A DNA stretch of 64,000 nucleotides from positions 9,470 through 73,469 of IMG/VR virus record IMGVR_UViG_3300042146_000099. One strand, 5' to 3'. Positions within the stretch are counted from its first letter, which is position 1, and every line of letters starts with the position of its first letter. The notes under the pieces are model-generated. The model ran no database searches, was not told where the DNA came from, and was given only the letters and a program-made list of their open reading frames with translations. Of this stretch, positions 1 through 9,689 are shown piece after piece. This DNA comes from a virus. The translations under genes were made by a program, and so were the position numbers.

Positions 1-2
1 AG

Positions 3-218
3 GCGCCGGGTCCGGACGCGGAGGCGGATGGGATCACGCGGCGGATCGCTCCGACGCAGGCTCTGCACGAGGAGCGTGCGGCGGGGGAGACGGATCCGGG
101 GCGGCGTGCGGCGTGGCGGATGCTCGCGGAGCCGGAGCCTGAGTTCCACGAGTTCCTGTACCACCCGTACACGAAGGGCCACGACCGGCCCGAGACGGGC
201 GGTGACGGCCGTGGCTGA
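3..218 (+). CDS. Partial hypothetical phage protein (5' end outside window)
   Basis: Open frame ...EPEFHEFLYHPYTKGHDRPETGGDGRG* whose stop overlaps the next GTG start. Confidence 0.5.
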   Translation, partial: APGPDAEADGITRRIAPTQALHEERAAGETDPGRRAAWRMLAEPEPEFHEFLYHPYTKGHDRPETGGDGRG

Positions 219-615
219 CACCACCCGGAAGGCGATGCTTACGGTCGCCGCCCACGCGAAGGACGCCGACGACTGCCGCGAGCTGCTGGACATGCTCGGC
301 ATCGCCCCGACCGCGCCGAAGCGTCGTGGCCGCCCGCGTGGTGAGTACGGCCACGGCCACCCGACGAGGTACGCGCAGGGCTGCCGCTGCACCGAGTGCC
401 GGGCTGCGAACGCCGAGCGGCAGCGGGTACAGCAGCGGCGCCGCATCGGCGATCCCGAGGCGGCCGACCGTGCGGGGCACGGTAACGCGTCGACGTACCA
501 GAACTACGGCTGCCGTTGCCGTCCGTGCACGGAGGCGAACACCGCGAAGAGTCTCGCGTACAAGGCGCGGCGTCGTGAGCGTGCGGCGCTTGCCGAGACG
601 GGCGGTGGGTCGTGA
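211..615 (+). CDS. Hypothetical protein with two HG-x3-Y-x(2-3)-GCRC-xx-C zinc-binding repeats
   Basis: HGHPTRYAQGCRCTEC and HGNASTYQNYGCRCRPC; start trimmed to GTG 211. Confidence 0.7.
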   Translation: MADTTRKAMLTVAAHAKDADDCRELLDMLGIAPTAPKRRGRPRGEYGHGHPTRYAQGCRCTECRAANAERQRVQQRRRIGDPEAADRAGHGNASTYQNYGCRCRPCTEANTAKSLAYKARRRERAALAETGGGS

Positions 616-860
616 CCGGCCTGTCTCTCGGCGAGGTCTTCTTCCTCGCTCTCGGCATCGGCGGGTTCGTCCGCTTCGGCTGGTGCCTGGTCTACCTGAT
701 CGGCGACGAAGAGCCGATGCCCGCATGGCTGGACAAGGCCCTGGACGTCGTTGTCGGGCTTGTGCTCGCTGCGGTCGCTGCTGTCAGGCGCCAGGCCATG
801 ACGGCTGCCGCGCTCCTCGCTCTCCTCCTCCCTGCCAGCCCGGAAGGGGCCACGTCATGA
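612..860 (+). CDS. Small membrane protein
   Basis: Hydrophobic segments; GTGA overlap with upstream gene. Confidence 0.65.
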   Translation: MTGLSLGEVFFLALGIGGFVRFGWCLVYLIGDEEPMPAWLDKALDVVVGLVLAAVAAVRRQAMTAAALLALLLPASPEGATS

Positions 861-1237
861 ACCGCCTGCGTCTGTACCTGCACCGCCTGTTCCGCCGCCC
901 CGCGATCACCAACCCGATGCGGATCTACACCCGCCGCATCCCGGACGGGCTGATGCTCGACTTCGAGGAGTACTTCACGTACGTGGTCGAGCAGATCGCG
1001 GACAACGAAGACATGCTCGCCCTGTTCATGGAGATCGTCGACGACCGGGCCACGTCCCGCGAGCACGACGGGTGGGAGCCGGAGCGGCTGTACGTGGAAC
1101 AGCTCGCAGGGATGGTGGGTCACGAGATCCCGTTCCGTGGCAAGGCGCTGGCCGCGCTGGCAGACCGGCTGCGGGCTGGGGTGCCGACTGGGTCTGTGTC
1201 GCTCCCCGCGCAGCGCCAGATCGGTGGTGCGGCATGA
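857..1237 (+). CDS. Hypothetical phage protein
   Basis: ATGA overlap, GC3-rich frame (MNRLRLYLH...). Confidence 0.65.
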   Translation: MNRLRLYLHRLFRRPAITNPMRIYTRRIPDGLMLDFEEYFTYVVEQIADNEDMLALFMEIVDDRATSREHDGWEPERLYVEQLAGMVGHEIPFRGKALAALADRLRAGVPTGSVSLPAQRQIGGAA

Positions 1238-1773
1238 GCGATCCCACCTGGATCTGCACGAACAACCCGTGGCACGACTGGGACGGCCTGACCTGCCGCT
1301 GGTGCGACGCCACCCGCACTCCCGCTGAGGCGATCGTGTCGGGGCTCGCCAGCAGGCGGGGCGGGACTGAGGACGCCGCGAAGGCGCTCCTCGACGCACA
1401 CCGCTCCGAGGTCCTCGCCGAGGCCGACCTGCTCCCCAAGGCGAACGTCGTGGCCTGGCTGGTAAAGAAGGCCCGCGAGGACACCCCGGTGTGGCAACTC
1501 GCCTCGAAGGTCGACCGTGGCGCGGTCCGCCCGGACAACCTGCGGATGCTGCCGCCGGATTTCTTCGAGCCTGGCCACTCCTACACCCACCGCGACGGCA
1601 CCGACTTCCACTGTGTCGCGGTCACCGCCCACCCGCAGACCGGTGAGCGGCTCGCGATGGGCTGGCACGTCGACAGCTGGGGCTTGCACTACCCGGCCAC
1701 CGTCGGCATCAACCAGTGGCGCCACGAGTACGACGGCGTGCAGCCGCCGACCAGCACCGAGGCCGCCGAGTGA
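1234..1773 (+). CDS. Hypothetical phage protein
   Basis: ATGA overlap (MSDPTWICT...). Confidence 0.65.
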   Translation: MSDPTWICTNNPWHDWDGLTCRWCDATRTPAEAIVSGLASRRGGTEDAAKALLDAHRSEVLAEADLLPKANVVAWLVKKAREDTPVWQLASKVDRGAVRPDNLRMLPPDFFEPGHSYTHRDGTDFHCVAVTAHPQTGERLAMGWHVDSWGLHYPATVGINQWRHEYDGVQPPTSTEAAE

Positions 1774-1952
1774 CCGCCCGCCAATTGCGGACCGCCCTCC
1801 ACTGGACGGCCGTCACCGCCGCCGCCCTCCTCTTCGCCCAATGGGGCCCCTTCGACGGCTGGCAAGCCACCGCCACCACCACGGTCATCGCAGCCGGGGT
1901 CGGGCTGATCGGACTCGCCACCGCACCACACCCGAACGGAGCCCAACGATGA
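1770..1952 (+). CDS. Small membrane protein
   Basis: GTGA overlap, two hydrophobic stretches. Confidence 0.55.
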   Translation: MTARQLRTALHWTAVTAAALLFAQWGPFDGWQATATTTVIAAGVGLIGLATAPHPNGAQR

Positions 1953-2209
1953 CGACCGCCACGTCTGCCGGCCCCACCGGACGGCTCGCCTACCTCCTCG
2001 ACGCCATCCGCGCACAAGGCGGCCGCTGGACCACCAGCAAAGCATTCAACGCCTACCGCAACCTGCCGCAACTCGCCGCGATGGGGCCCGGCCAGATCCG
2101 CATCGCCGCCCGCGGCGACCTCCGCGACCTCGCCGCGTGGGGCTGGCTCACCGCCCACGACGACGCCGGCCGCCGCGAGTACACCCTCAACGCCCGAAAG
2201 GACCACTAG
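1949..2209 (+). CDS. Small winged-helix-like protein
   Basis: ARGDLRDLAAWGWL...RREYTL wHTH-like C-terminus; coupled starts and stops. Confidence 0.55.
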   Translation: MTTATSAGPTGRLAYLLDAIRAQGGRWTTSKAFNAYRNLPQLAAMGPGQIRIAARGDLRDLAAWGWLTAHDDAGRREYTLNARKDH

Positions 2210-3063
2210 TGACCCGCCTGACCGAACAGCAGGTTGGATTCCTGCTCCAGCCCATCAGCGGCAACCGCGTCCGCAACCTGCGCGGCATGTCCCACCTCGA
2301 AGCATGGGACGTGCGCCGCCAACTGATCCGCATCTTCGGCTTCGATGGCTTCACCGTCGAGACCCTCTCACTGGAACTCGTCCACGAGCGGGGCGACCAG
2401 CGGAAGAAGAAGAACAGCAACGACACCTACACCGCGTGGACGATCGTCTACCGGGCGCAGGTCCGCCTCACGGTCAGGACCACGGACGGGCAGGTCATCG
2501 CCACGTTCGAGGACGCCGCCGCCGGGGACGCCGTCAACCAGCCGTCCGTCGGCGACGCCCACGACCTCGCCATGAAGACGGCCCTGTCGCAGGCGCTGAA
2601 GCGATGCGCGGTCAACCTCGGCGACCAGTTCGGGCTGTCCCTGTACAACGACGGTTCGCGAGACGCGGTGGTCATGCGGTCGCTGGCGTACATGGGCGAG
2701 CCGGTGAAGGAGTCGGAGGACACCCCCGTCGGCAGCGAGCCGACGCCGCAAGGCCAGGCCACCGAGCCCGAGCCGGACCCGACGACCCCGGCCAGCGCTG
2801 CCACCCCGGCTCAACAAGCGCCACCCGCGCCCGTCGCCGTGCCGGACCCCCCGCAACAGCAGCGTCCCGGCTCGATGCCCCCCGCTGGCCCGAACGAGCG
2901 GCAGACCGCCCTCGACGCAATGTGGGACGCCGCCCGCGCCGCCGCCTTTGTCGACGGCCTTCCCGCCCAGTTCGAGTCGGCGTTCGGCCACGCCATCGAG
3001 CAGGGCACCGCCGCCGAGTTCCGGCAGGCCACTGATCTGATGCGCGGCTCCGTCGCCGCCTGA
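2209..3063 (+). CDS. Rad52/Rad22-family single-strand annealing protein (Sak-like)
   Basis: SHLEAWDVRRQLIRIFGFDGF and AMKTALSQALKRCAVNLGDQFGLSLY motifs, Pro-rich tail. Confidence 0.85.
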   Translation: MTRLTEQQVGFLLQPISGNRVRNLRGMSHLEAWDVRRQLIRIFGFDGFTVETLSLELVHERGDQRKKKNSNDTYTAWTIVYRAQVRLTVRTTDGQVIATFEDAAAGDAVNQPSVGDAHDLAMKTALSQALKRCAVNLGDQFGLSLYNDGSRDAVVMRSLAYMGEPVKESEDTPVGSEPTPQGQATEPEPDPTTPASAATPAQQAPPAPVAVPDPPQQQRPGSMPPAGPNERQTALDAMWDAARAAAFVDGLPAQFESAFGHAIEQGTAAEFRQATDLMRGSVAA

Positions 3064-3081
3064 CCACCTGCCGCACACCAA

Positions 3082-3110
3082 GGGGCGCCCCGCGGCTATC
3101 GGGGCGCCCC
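3082..3110 (+). terminator. GC-rich hairpin
   Basis: GGGGCGCCCCG-7nt-CGGGGCGCCCC after Rad52-like stop. Confidence 0.5.
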
Positions 3111-3127
3111 GCCCACCAGGAGATCAC

Positions 3128-3655
3128 ATGAACGTGAAGGAAGCAGCGGCCAGGGCCGCTGTCCTCGACACCTTGCACAAGGCCATCGGCGACGAGTTGA
3201 AGGCCGCCAAGCGCGACCTGGAGGACGGGCTGCGCGCCGCGAAGGCGGAGACCGGAACCCAGAAGGTCGCCATCAGCCTCGACGAGCAGCAGGACATCGG
3301 GACCGCCAGCCTCGTCCAGCCAGCCGCCGCGGCCATCGTCGCCGACGCCGAGAAGTTCAAGGCGTGGGTGATGGACCACTACGCGAGCGAGATCGAGCGG
3401 AAGTTCGTCACCGAGGTCCGCACCTCGTTCACCGCCCGCCTGCTGAAGGAGATGACCGCTGCGGGGGTCGCGCAGTGGGCGGACCCAGAGACGGGCGAGA
3501 TCCACGACGTGCCGGGCGTGGAGATGCAGGGCCGGGCCGCGTACACGCGGCTGACGGTGCCGGACGCGGGTAAGCAGGCGATCGGTCAGGCCTGGCAGTC
3601 GGGCGCGCTCTCGCATCTGGTGCTTCCCCAGCTCGCCGCTGGAGGTGCCGAATGA
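3128..3655 (+). CDS. Hypothetical recombination-module protein
   Basis: RBS AGGAG; DPETGEIHDVPGV motif common in actinophage recombination modules. Confidence 0.7.
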   Translation: MNVKEAAARAAVLDTLHKAIGDELKAAKRDLEDGLRAAKAETGTQKVAISLDEQQDIGTASLVQPAAAAIVADAEKFKAWVMDHYASEIERKFVTEVRTSFTARLLKEMTAAGVAQWADPETGEIHDVPGVEMQGRAAYTRLTVPDAGKQAIGQAWQSGALSHLVLPQLAAGGAE

Positions 3656-4398
3656 GTGCCAACCCGCAGCTCGGTCCGACCCGTGCCTTCGATCTCCCGT
3701 GGCACCGCGGACCGCTCGCCTCGTACGACTGCGAGACGAACGGCGTCAACACCGCCGAGGCCCGCATCGTCACCGCCGCCCTGGTCCGCCCCAACGGGCG
3801 GGTGCTGGAGTGGCTGTCGGACCTCGACGGGGCCACGATTCCCGAGGGCGCCTACAAGGTGCACGGCATCAGCACCGAGCACGCCCACGCCCACGGCCGA
3901 CCGGCCAAGGCAGTCGTCGAGGAGATCGCCGACGCCATCGCGGGTGAGCTGTCCGCCGGGCGCGCGTCGCTGGTGGTGATGAACGCGCCTTTCGATCTGC
4001 CGCTACTGGACGCTGAGTGCGCCCGGTACGGGGTGGAGACGGTGGCGGACCGGATCGGCTGCGTCGAGCCCGTGATTGATCCGCTCGTCCTGGATCGGTA
4101 CGTGGACCGGTACCGGTCCGGGAAGCGGACGTTGGAGGCGCTGGCCGCGCACTACAAGGTGACGTTGACCGACGCGCACACCGCGAAGGCCGACGCCCTG
4201 GCCGCGCTCGGCGTCGCTGTGCGGATCGGCGAGCAGTACCCGCAGTTGCAGCTTCCGGCGCACCGGATCCACTTGAACCAGGTGCACTGGCATGCGGCGT
4301 GGGCCGCGAACTTCCAGAAGTACCTGCGGGGTAAGGGCCAGGCGGACGCGGTGATCGACGGCACGTGGCCGCTCCGTCCGGTCGGGAGCGCGTCGTGA
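3652..4398 (+). CDS. DEDDh 3'-5' exonuclease (DnaQ/Pol III epsilon-like)
   Basis: YDCETNG (ExoI), MNAPFDL (ExoII), AHTAKADA (ExoIII). Confidence 0.9.
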   Translation: MSANPQLGPTRAFDLPWHRGPLASYDCETNGVNTAEARIVTAALVRPNGRVLEWLSDLDGATIPEGAYKVHGISTEHAHAHGRPAKAVVEEIADAIAGELSAGRASLVVMNAPFDLPLLDAECARYGVETVADRIGCVEPVIDPLVLDRYVDRYRSGKRTLEALAAHYKVTLTDAHTAKADALAALGVAVRIGEQYPQLQLPAHRIHLNQVHWHAAWAANFQKYLRGKGQADAVIDGTWPLRPVGSAS

Positions 4399-4724
4399 AG
4401 TGGGTGAGCGGCGCCAAGCACGCCGCCCTTCAGGCCCGCTGTGACCGCACCGCCCGCGAACTGGAGAGCGCCGACAAACTCTCCGCGGAGCGCCTCGCCA
4501 CCATCACCCGGCTGCGCGCCGAGCTGGAGCAGCTGCGGGACGCCAAGCCGAACAGCCCCGTCCAGCAGCCGCAGCCCGTCGTCGGGGACGCCGAGCTCCG
4601 CCGTCAGCTCAACCTCGCGTACCGCACGATCCGCGAGCAGGCCGCCCAGCTGGAGCGGCTGCAGGACTCGCACATCGCGGACACCCGCGAACTGCACGAC
4701 CTGCGGCAGGGGGCGGCGTCGTGA
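4395..4724 (+). CDS. Hypothetical coiled-coil protein
   Basis: Overlapping start/stop, heptad pattern. Confidence 0.6.
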   Translation: MKWVSGAKHAALQARCDRTARELESADKLSAERLATITRLRAELEQLRDAKPNSPVQQPQPVVGDAELRRQLNLAYRTIREQAAQLERLQDSHIADTRELHDLRQGAAS

Positions 4725-5026
4725 GGATCTCCCGCCGCGAGCTGGAGGCTCGCATCCGCCGCCAGGCCAACCGTATCGACGGGCTGATCGTCGAGCGGGA
4801 CACGTTCGAGAAGAACGCGGCCGCCGCCGTGTACGCCCTGGAGCAGGTCGCGGGCGAACTGTCCCGCGCGAAGGACGTCGTGGCCATGGCGATCGTCGCG
4901 GCCGGCCACCCGTCGACCGTCGTCCACGACGTCCGCTCGTTCGCCGACTCGCTGCGTGAAGCCCTCGCCGCCAGCGGCGTGGATCTGCGCCTGGAGCTCG
5001 CCCGACTGGAAGGGGCAGAGCTGTGA
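4721..5026 (+). CDS. Hypothetical protein
   Basis: GTGA overlap. Confidence 0.6.
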   Translation: MRISRRELEARIRRQANRIDGLIVERDTFEKNAAAAVYALEQVAGELSRAKDVVAMAIVAAGHPSTVVHDVRSFADSLREALAASGVDLRLELARLEGAEL

Positions 5027-5370
5027 ACGACCGGATCACTGCCGGGGCGATGGTCCTGATGGTCGACCTCGCCGCCGCCGCACAGTTGGCCCGCTGGTAC
5101 GTACGTCCGCTCGCCGGGCCGGGCCGCCACCGGATGCCGAAGCCGCCACTGCGGGACGTGCTGGACGAGGTCACGTTGCAGGAACTGCTGCCGCCGTGGC
5201 CCGAGCCCGAAACCCCGTACGGGGCGGCCGTGGCGCAGGGCTGGCGCTGGTGCCCGAACTGCGTGCGGACCGAACCCGCAGTGCTGAACCGCCACGGCTG
5301 GACATGCGGGCACTGCCTCGAAGCCGTACCCGCCGACACCACCACGATCACCACGGGGGCCCGCCCATGA
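5023..5370 (+). CDS. Hypothetical zinc-ribbon protein
   Basis: CPNC...CGHC. Confidence 0.6.
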   Translation: MNDRITAGAMVLMVDLAAAAQLARWYVRPLAGPGRHRMPKPPLRDVLDEVTLQELLPPWPEPETPYGAAVAQGWRWCPNCVRTEPAVLNRHGWTCGHCLEAVPADTTTITTGARP

Positions 5371-5957
5371 CCACACTGTTCGACGCGCCGGAAGACGTCC
5401 GTAGCGTCCGGCACGGCCGATCGGAACCTCCCCGATCCTTGAAGGTCTGCGGCCTCGACCTGGCGATCGGCGCCACTGGCATCTGCCTTCCCGATGGCAC
5501 TGCCGCCACCATCAAGCCCGCGCTCAAGGAAGACGCGCGCCTCATCGAGATCCGCGACCGCATCGCCCAACTCCACGACGAACGCCACGCTACCGACCTC
5601 GTCGTCCTCGAAGACGTTCCCGCCACCATGAAGGGCGCCGCCGGGAAGATCATCCCGATGCTGCACGGAGCCGTGCGCGCGATGCTCATGGACGCGGGCA
5701 TGCCGTACGCGGTGATCCCGCCCTCCACATTGAAGGCGTTCGCGACCGGCAAGGGCAACGCGGACAAGACCGCCATGGCGATGGCCGCGTACAAGCGGAC
5801 CGGGCGGGAGTTCAGCGACGACAACCAGTGCGACGCCTTCTGGCTCCGCGCGGCCGCCCTCGACCACTACGGGCAGCCGGAGTTCAGCCTCCCCGCAGCA
5901 CAGCGTGAACGGCTCGCCAAGGTCGTGTGGCCCGACCTCAAGGCGGTGGCCCGGTGA
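5367..5957 (+). CDS. ruvC: RuvC-like Holliday junction resolvase
   Basis: VCGLDLAIGATG, VVLEDV, LKAFATGKGNADK, DDNQCDA motifs. Confidence 0.88.
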   Translation: MTTLFDAPEDVRSVRHGRSEPPRSLKVCGLDLAIGATGICLPDGTAATIKPALKEDARLIEIRDRIAQLHDERHATDLVVLEDVPATMKGAAGKIIPMLHGAVRAMLMDAGMPYAVIPPSTLKAFATGKGNADKTAMAMAAYKRTGREFSDDNQCDAFWLRAAALDHYGQPEFSLPAAQRERLAKVVWPDLKAVAR

Positions 5958-6217
5958 GCGTGCCGCAGATCTACACCGTCATCGTCCTCGCCGTCCTCGG
6001 TGCGATCGTCTGCGCCTGGCAGGTCCGCCGCGCTCTCCGCGAACCGTCGGAGCGGGACCGCATCGTCGCCGAAGCCCGCGCCCAGGCCAGCCTCGTCCTC
6101 GACGACCACGCGCCCGGCATCAACACCGGCTGGCAAGACATCTGCGAACTCATCTACTCCCTGCCCGCCGCCAACCGGCACCTCAGCCAAGAACACCGGA
6201 AGGAGGAAGAAGCATGA
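5954..6217 (+). CDS. Small membrane-anchored protein
   Basis: N-terminal TM segment. Confidence 0.55.
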   Translation: MSVPQIYTVIVLAVLGAIVCAWQVRRALREPSERDRIVAEARAQASLVLDDHAPGINTGWQDICELIYSLPAANRHLSQEHRKEEEA

Positions 6218-6945
6218 GGCGCCCAAAGGTCCTCGACCTTTTCTGCTGCGCTGGCGGAGCAGGCATGGGCTACTGGCGCGCCGGCTTCGACGTCGTCGGC
6301 GTCGACATCGTGCCCCGGCCGCGCTACCCCTTCCGCTTCATCGAAGGCGACGCCCTGGACGCGATGCGGGAAATGTGCCAGGACTTCAACCTCGTCCACG
6401 CCTCCCCGCCCTGCCAACCCGGCTGCACCCTCACCAAAGGCACCAACCGCGGCCGCCAGTACGCCGACTTCATCCCGCAGATGCGCGAACTGTGCCTCTG
6501 GTACGGCGTGCCCTGGGTCATCGAGAACGTCACCGGCGCCGACATCCGCAAAGACCTCACCCTCTGCGGCGAGATGTTCGGACTCGGAGTCATCCGCCAC
6601 CGCCACTTCGAGATCGGCTGTGTCGGAGGCTGGCCCATCGAGCAGCCCAAGCACCTCAAGCACCGCGGCCCCGTCCGGGGCTGGCGCCACGGCGTCTACC
6701 GCGACGGTCCGTACATCGCCGCGTACGGCAAGGGCGGCGGCAAGGGGACGGTCGCCGAGATGCAGCAGGCGATGGACATCACGTGGACCGACGTTCACGA
6801 GGAGCTGACCGAGGCGATTCCGCCGGCGTACACGGAGTACATCGGCCGCCAGTTCATCACGACGGGCGAGTGGGGTGCCGCGTTCATTCCGGATCCGGAG
6901 GCCCGTGCGGAGGCTGTGCGGCGGGTTGAGGCGGTGGCGTCGTGA
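6214..6945 (+). CDS. C5-cytosine DNA methyltransferase (short form)
   Basis: Motif I VLDLFCCAGG, motif IV HASPPCQ, motif VI IENV. Confidence 0.85.
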   Translation: MRRPKVLDLFCCAGGAGMGYWRAGFDVVGVDIVPRPRYPFRFIEGDALDAMREMCQDFNLVHASPPCQPGCTLTKGTNRGRQYADFIPQMRELCLWYGVPWVIENVTGADIRKDLTLCGEMFGLGVIRHRHFEIGCVGGWPIEQPKHLKHRGPVRGWRHGVYRDGPYIAAYGKGGGKGTVAEMQQAMDITWTDVHEELTEAIPPAYTEYIGRQFITTGEWGAAFIPDPEARAEAVRRVEAVAS

Positions 6946-7514
6946 GCCACTACAACGGTTCCGTTCCCGAGACGCCCCGCAAAACCAGCTGGCGCGACCG
7001 CAGCGCCTGCCACGGCGAAGACCCCGACCTGTTCGCCCCGGAAGGCACCACTGGCCGCTGGGTTCAGGTCATCGCCGACGCCAAAGCCGTGTGCGACCGC
7101 TGCACGGTACGCCCCGACTGTCTGGCGTGGGCGCTCGAAACCCGGCAGGACCACGGCATCTACGGCGGCCTCACCGAAGACGAACGCCGTCTCCAGCTCC
7201 GGCGGACCGCCCGCGACACTCGCAAGCCCCGAGGCCCCCAACTGCCGCACCCCACCAGCCTCCAAGAGCTCCTCGACCGGCACACCACCCTGCAACCCGG
7301 CGGGCACCTCCTGTGGACCGGGGCGAAAACCCCCGACTTCCGCAGACGGCAACTCACCCCGAACCAGGTGGCGTTCATCGTCGACCGCGGATACGAGCCG
7401 AACGGGGCCGTGCACCGGCTGTGCGACGTGAAGGGGTGTGTGCAGCCGTCGCATTTGGCGGACACGCAGGAACGCCGACAGCGGGCCGCGGCGACTGAGA
7501 AGGCCAGCGCGTGA
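6942..7514 (+). CDS. WhiB-family regulator fused to HNH-like domain
   Basis: C..D..F, CDRC..C, GIYGG (WhiB); LLWTG...HRLCDVKGCVQPSHL (HNH_3-like). Confidence 0.85.
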   Translation: MSHYNGSVPETPRKTSWRDRSACHGEDPDLFAPEGTTGRWVQVIADAKAVCDRCTVRPDCLAWALETRQDHGIYGGLTEDERRLQLRRTARDTRKPRGPQLPHPTSLQELLDRHTTLQPGGHLLWTGAKTPDFRRRQLTPNQVAFIVDRGYEPNGAVHRLCDVKGCVQPSHLADTQERRQRAAATEKASA

Positions 7515-7729
7515 GCGCCGAGCCGGCGGGCCGTGATCCGCCGCTTCTGGACTGGCGGGACTCCTCGCATTGGAGCCACCAGCAGAAGCCCTGCCGCTAC
7601 TGCGGGGGGCTGACGAACCTCCGCGACAGCAAGCACAGCCCAGCCCACAAAGCGTGCGCAGAACAAGCCCTCGCCCAGCAGGCCGCCGAGCAGGCGGACG
7701 CCTACCACAACGAAGGACACCTCGGATGA
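7511..7729 (+). CDS. Small zinc-finger protein
   Basis: CRYC...HKAC. Confidence 0.6.
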   Translation: MSAEPAGRDPPLLDWRDSSHWSHQQKPCRYCGGLTNLRDSKHSPAHKACAEQALAQQAAEQADAYHNEGHLG

Positions 7730-7878
7730 GCCACTTCACCGCTGCTCTGTTCACCGGGGCTGTGATCGCGGCGGTCGTGTACGCGGACGGCGCCCACCCG
7801 GTCACGGCGCTTGTTGTCGGCGGTGCGGTGGCGGTCGGGGTGTGGGTGCTCGCGTACGCCATCGACCGCCGCCACTGA
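7726..7878 (+). CDS. Small membrane protein
   Basis: ATGA overlap; two hydrophobic helices. Confidence 0.55.
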   Translation: MSHFTAALFTGAVIAAVVYADGAHPVTALVVGGAVAVGVWVLAYAIDRRH

Positions 7879-7937
7879 CCACTGAAGCGCCCCGACGATC
7901 CGACCTCGCCGGGGCACCCAACCCCAAGGAGACCACG

Positions 7938-8636
7938 ATGAACGACCCCCTCGCCTACGGCCCGAACGGAATCCGCTGCGGCTGCGGTAAGGACGCCCAC
8001 TCCAACCTCGTCCCCTGCCAGCCCGACCAGCCGCTGCCCGACCACCACATCGGCCGGTCGTGGACGACGCACGAGATCGAAGACGGCTGCCCGTGCGTGA
8101 AGGCGCCGTGCGGACTCGTCGTCCAGCGCGAGGTCACCAAGGACTGCCAGCAGCACCACTGGTCCGGCGCGAAGTCCATCCGCCAGTCGCACCCGGCCGA
8201 CGCGTGCCCGGGCAGCGTGCCCGTGCCCGACCGCCCGTACACCGACGACGACCTCCGCACCGAAGCCGCCCGCCAAATCTCCGCCCACAGGCCGGACGCA
8301 CACCCGGAACAGACCTACGCCGCCATGCTCGACGCCCGCATCGAGAGCACCCGCGACACCGACGGGCCCACATGGTCCGAGGCACTCGACGCCTCCGAAC
8401 TCAATGCCCCGGCTCTCGCGATCCACGCGCTCATCGAGGACGCCGCCGACACATCCCGCTGGGCCGTCGACCTCGGCGCCGACGGCCTGGAGCCCAGCGA
8501 CGAGCACGTCATCACCCTTGGCGCCGACGACAAGCCCATCGCCCGCATCCACTTCGCGTTCGAGCCCGGCATGCCCGAGGAGATGCGGACCGCGCTCGTC
8601 GAAGGCATCGGCCAGGCCATGAGCGCCTACCTCTGA
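7938..8636 (+). CDS. Hypothetical protein, Cys/His-rich N-terminus
   Basis: RBS AAGGAG; GC3-rich frame. Confidence 0.65.
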   Translation: MNDPLAYGPNGIRCGCGKDAHSNLVPCQPDQPLPDHHIGRSWTTHEIEDGCPCVKAPCGLVVQREVTKDCQQHHWSGAKSIRQSHPADACPGSVPVPDRPYTDDDLRTEAARQISAHRPDAHPEQTYAAMLDARIESTRDTDGPTWSEALDASELNAPALAIHALIEDAADTSRWAVDLGADGLEPSDEHVITLGADDKPIARIHFAFEPGMPEEMRTALVEGIGQAMSAYL

Positions 8637-8742
8637 GCCATCCACCCCCGGGCGGCCGACCCCCACGGCCGCCCACCGGGGCCCGCGACTTCCCTCAACC
8701 GCGGGCCCCGGGACTTCCCAACCAGACACCGAAAGGCACAGC

Positions 8743-9624
8743 GTGACGACCCTCGTAGCCACTGCCGGCCCCGACGAGCCGCAGGCCGCCGTCAGCATCG
8801 ACACGTTCGACTTCCACGGCCACCGCGCCGCCGTTCTCACCGACCACCGCGGACATTGGGTATTCCCGAAACAACTGTCGGCGTTCATGGGGCTTGACGG
8901 CGATAACCAGCGGAAGCGCATCAACCGAAACCACTGGTCACAGGGCTGGACTGCCACCATGGCAGTGCAGATTCCTGGCGATGCGCAGACCCGCGAGCAC
9001 TTCCTGCTGCATCAACGTCGACTCCCTACATGGCTCGGCTCAATCACGACCGGCAACATCAAGAACCAGAACGTACGTGCCGAGGTCGAACGGCATCAGA
9101 CCGAGTTCGCCGACGCCCTCGCTGACTACCTCACCAAAGGCGTAGCGATCAACCCGCGGGTCGAGAAACCCATGACCGAGTTGGAGCTCGCCCACCGGTA
9201 CATCGCCGCCCTGGAGCGCGAGCAGACGCTCGTCGTGGCCAATGGGCAACTTGCCGAGCAGGTAGCGGAGATGGCGCCAAAGGCCGAGGGCTACGACGAC
9301 CTCATCGCCGCAGACGGGTACCTGGACATGAACGCCGTCGCCAAGGTCCTCGGCCCCGTCACCGGCAACCTCGGCCGGACGCGCTTCATCAACCTGCTGC
9401 GCGGCATGGGGATCATCCTCCAAGCCTCCGCCCTGCCGTACCAGCACCTCATCGACCGCGGGTACTTCGCCGTCCGCACCGAGGTCACGCCGTCCGGCGG
9501 CGCGCACCCGTACACGGTCGTCACGCCCAAGGGCCTGCGCTGGCTTCACGCCGAGCTCCGCGAGGACCGGCCCACCCTCGGCCACGGCGACGGACCGCCG
9601 GCGCTCCCCTCCAGCCAGCCGTAG
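8743..9624 (+). CDS. Phage antirepressor (AntA/P22_AR-like N-term, KilAC/ANT C-term)
   Basis: LPTWLGSI..., LADYLTKGVAINPR, MAPKAEGYD...PYQHLIDRGYF...VTPKGLRWL. Confidence 0.88.
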   Translation: MTTLVATAGPDEPQAAVSIDTFDFHGHRAAVLTDHRGHWVFPKQLSAFMGLDGDNQRKRINRNHWSQGWTATMAVQIPGDAQTREHFLLHQRRLPTWLGSITTGNIKNQNVRAEVERHQTEFADALADYLTKGVAINPRVEKPMTELELAHRYIAALEREQTLVVANGQLAEQVAEMAPKAEGYDDLIAADGYLDMNAVAKVLGPVTGNLGRTRFINLLRGMGIILQASALPYQHLIDRGYFAVRTEVTPSGGAHPYTVVTPKGLRWLHAELREDRPTLGHGDGPPALPSSQP

Positions 9625-9637
9625 CCGAGCAGCACGA

Positions 9638-9664
9638 CGGCCCCGCACGAACGGTGCGGGGCCG
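9638..9664. terminator. Hairpin between convergent genes
   Basis: CGGCCCCGCAC-gaacg-GTGCGGGGCCG. Confidence 0.6.
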
Positions 9665-9689
9665 GAAACGACAGAAGGGAGGGGCGGTG

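Noticed and set aside
6795-8960. 721-aa minus-strand ORF and other long shadow ORFs (4152-5867, 24325-26085, 45408-47822, 58733-60847)
   Set aside because: Antisense to well-supported genes; stop-poor frames are expected at this GC content and show no motifs
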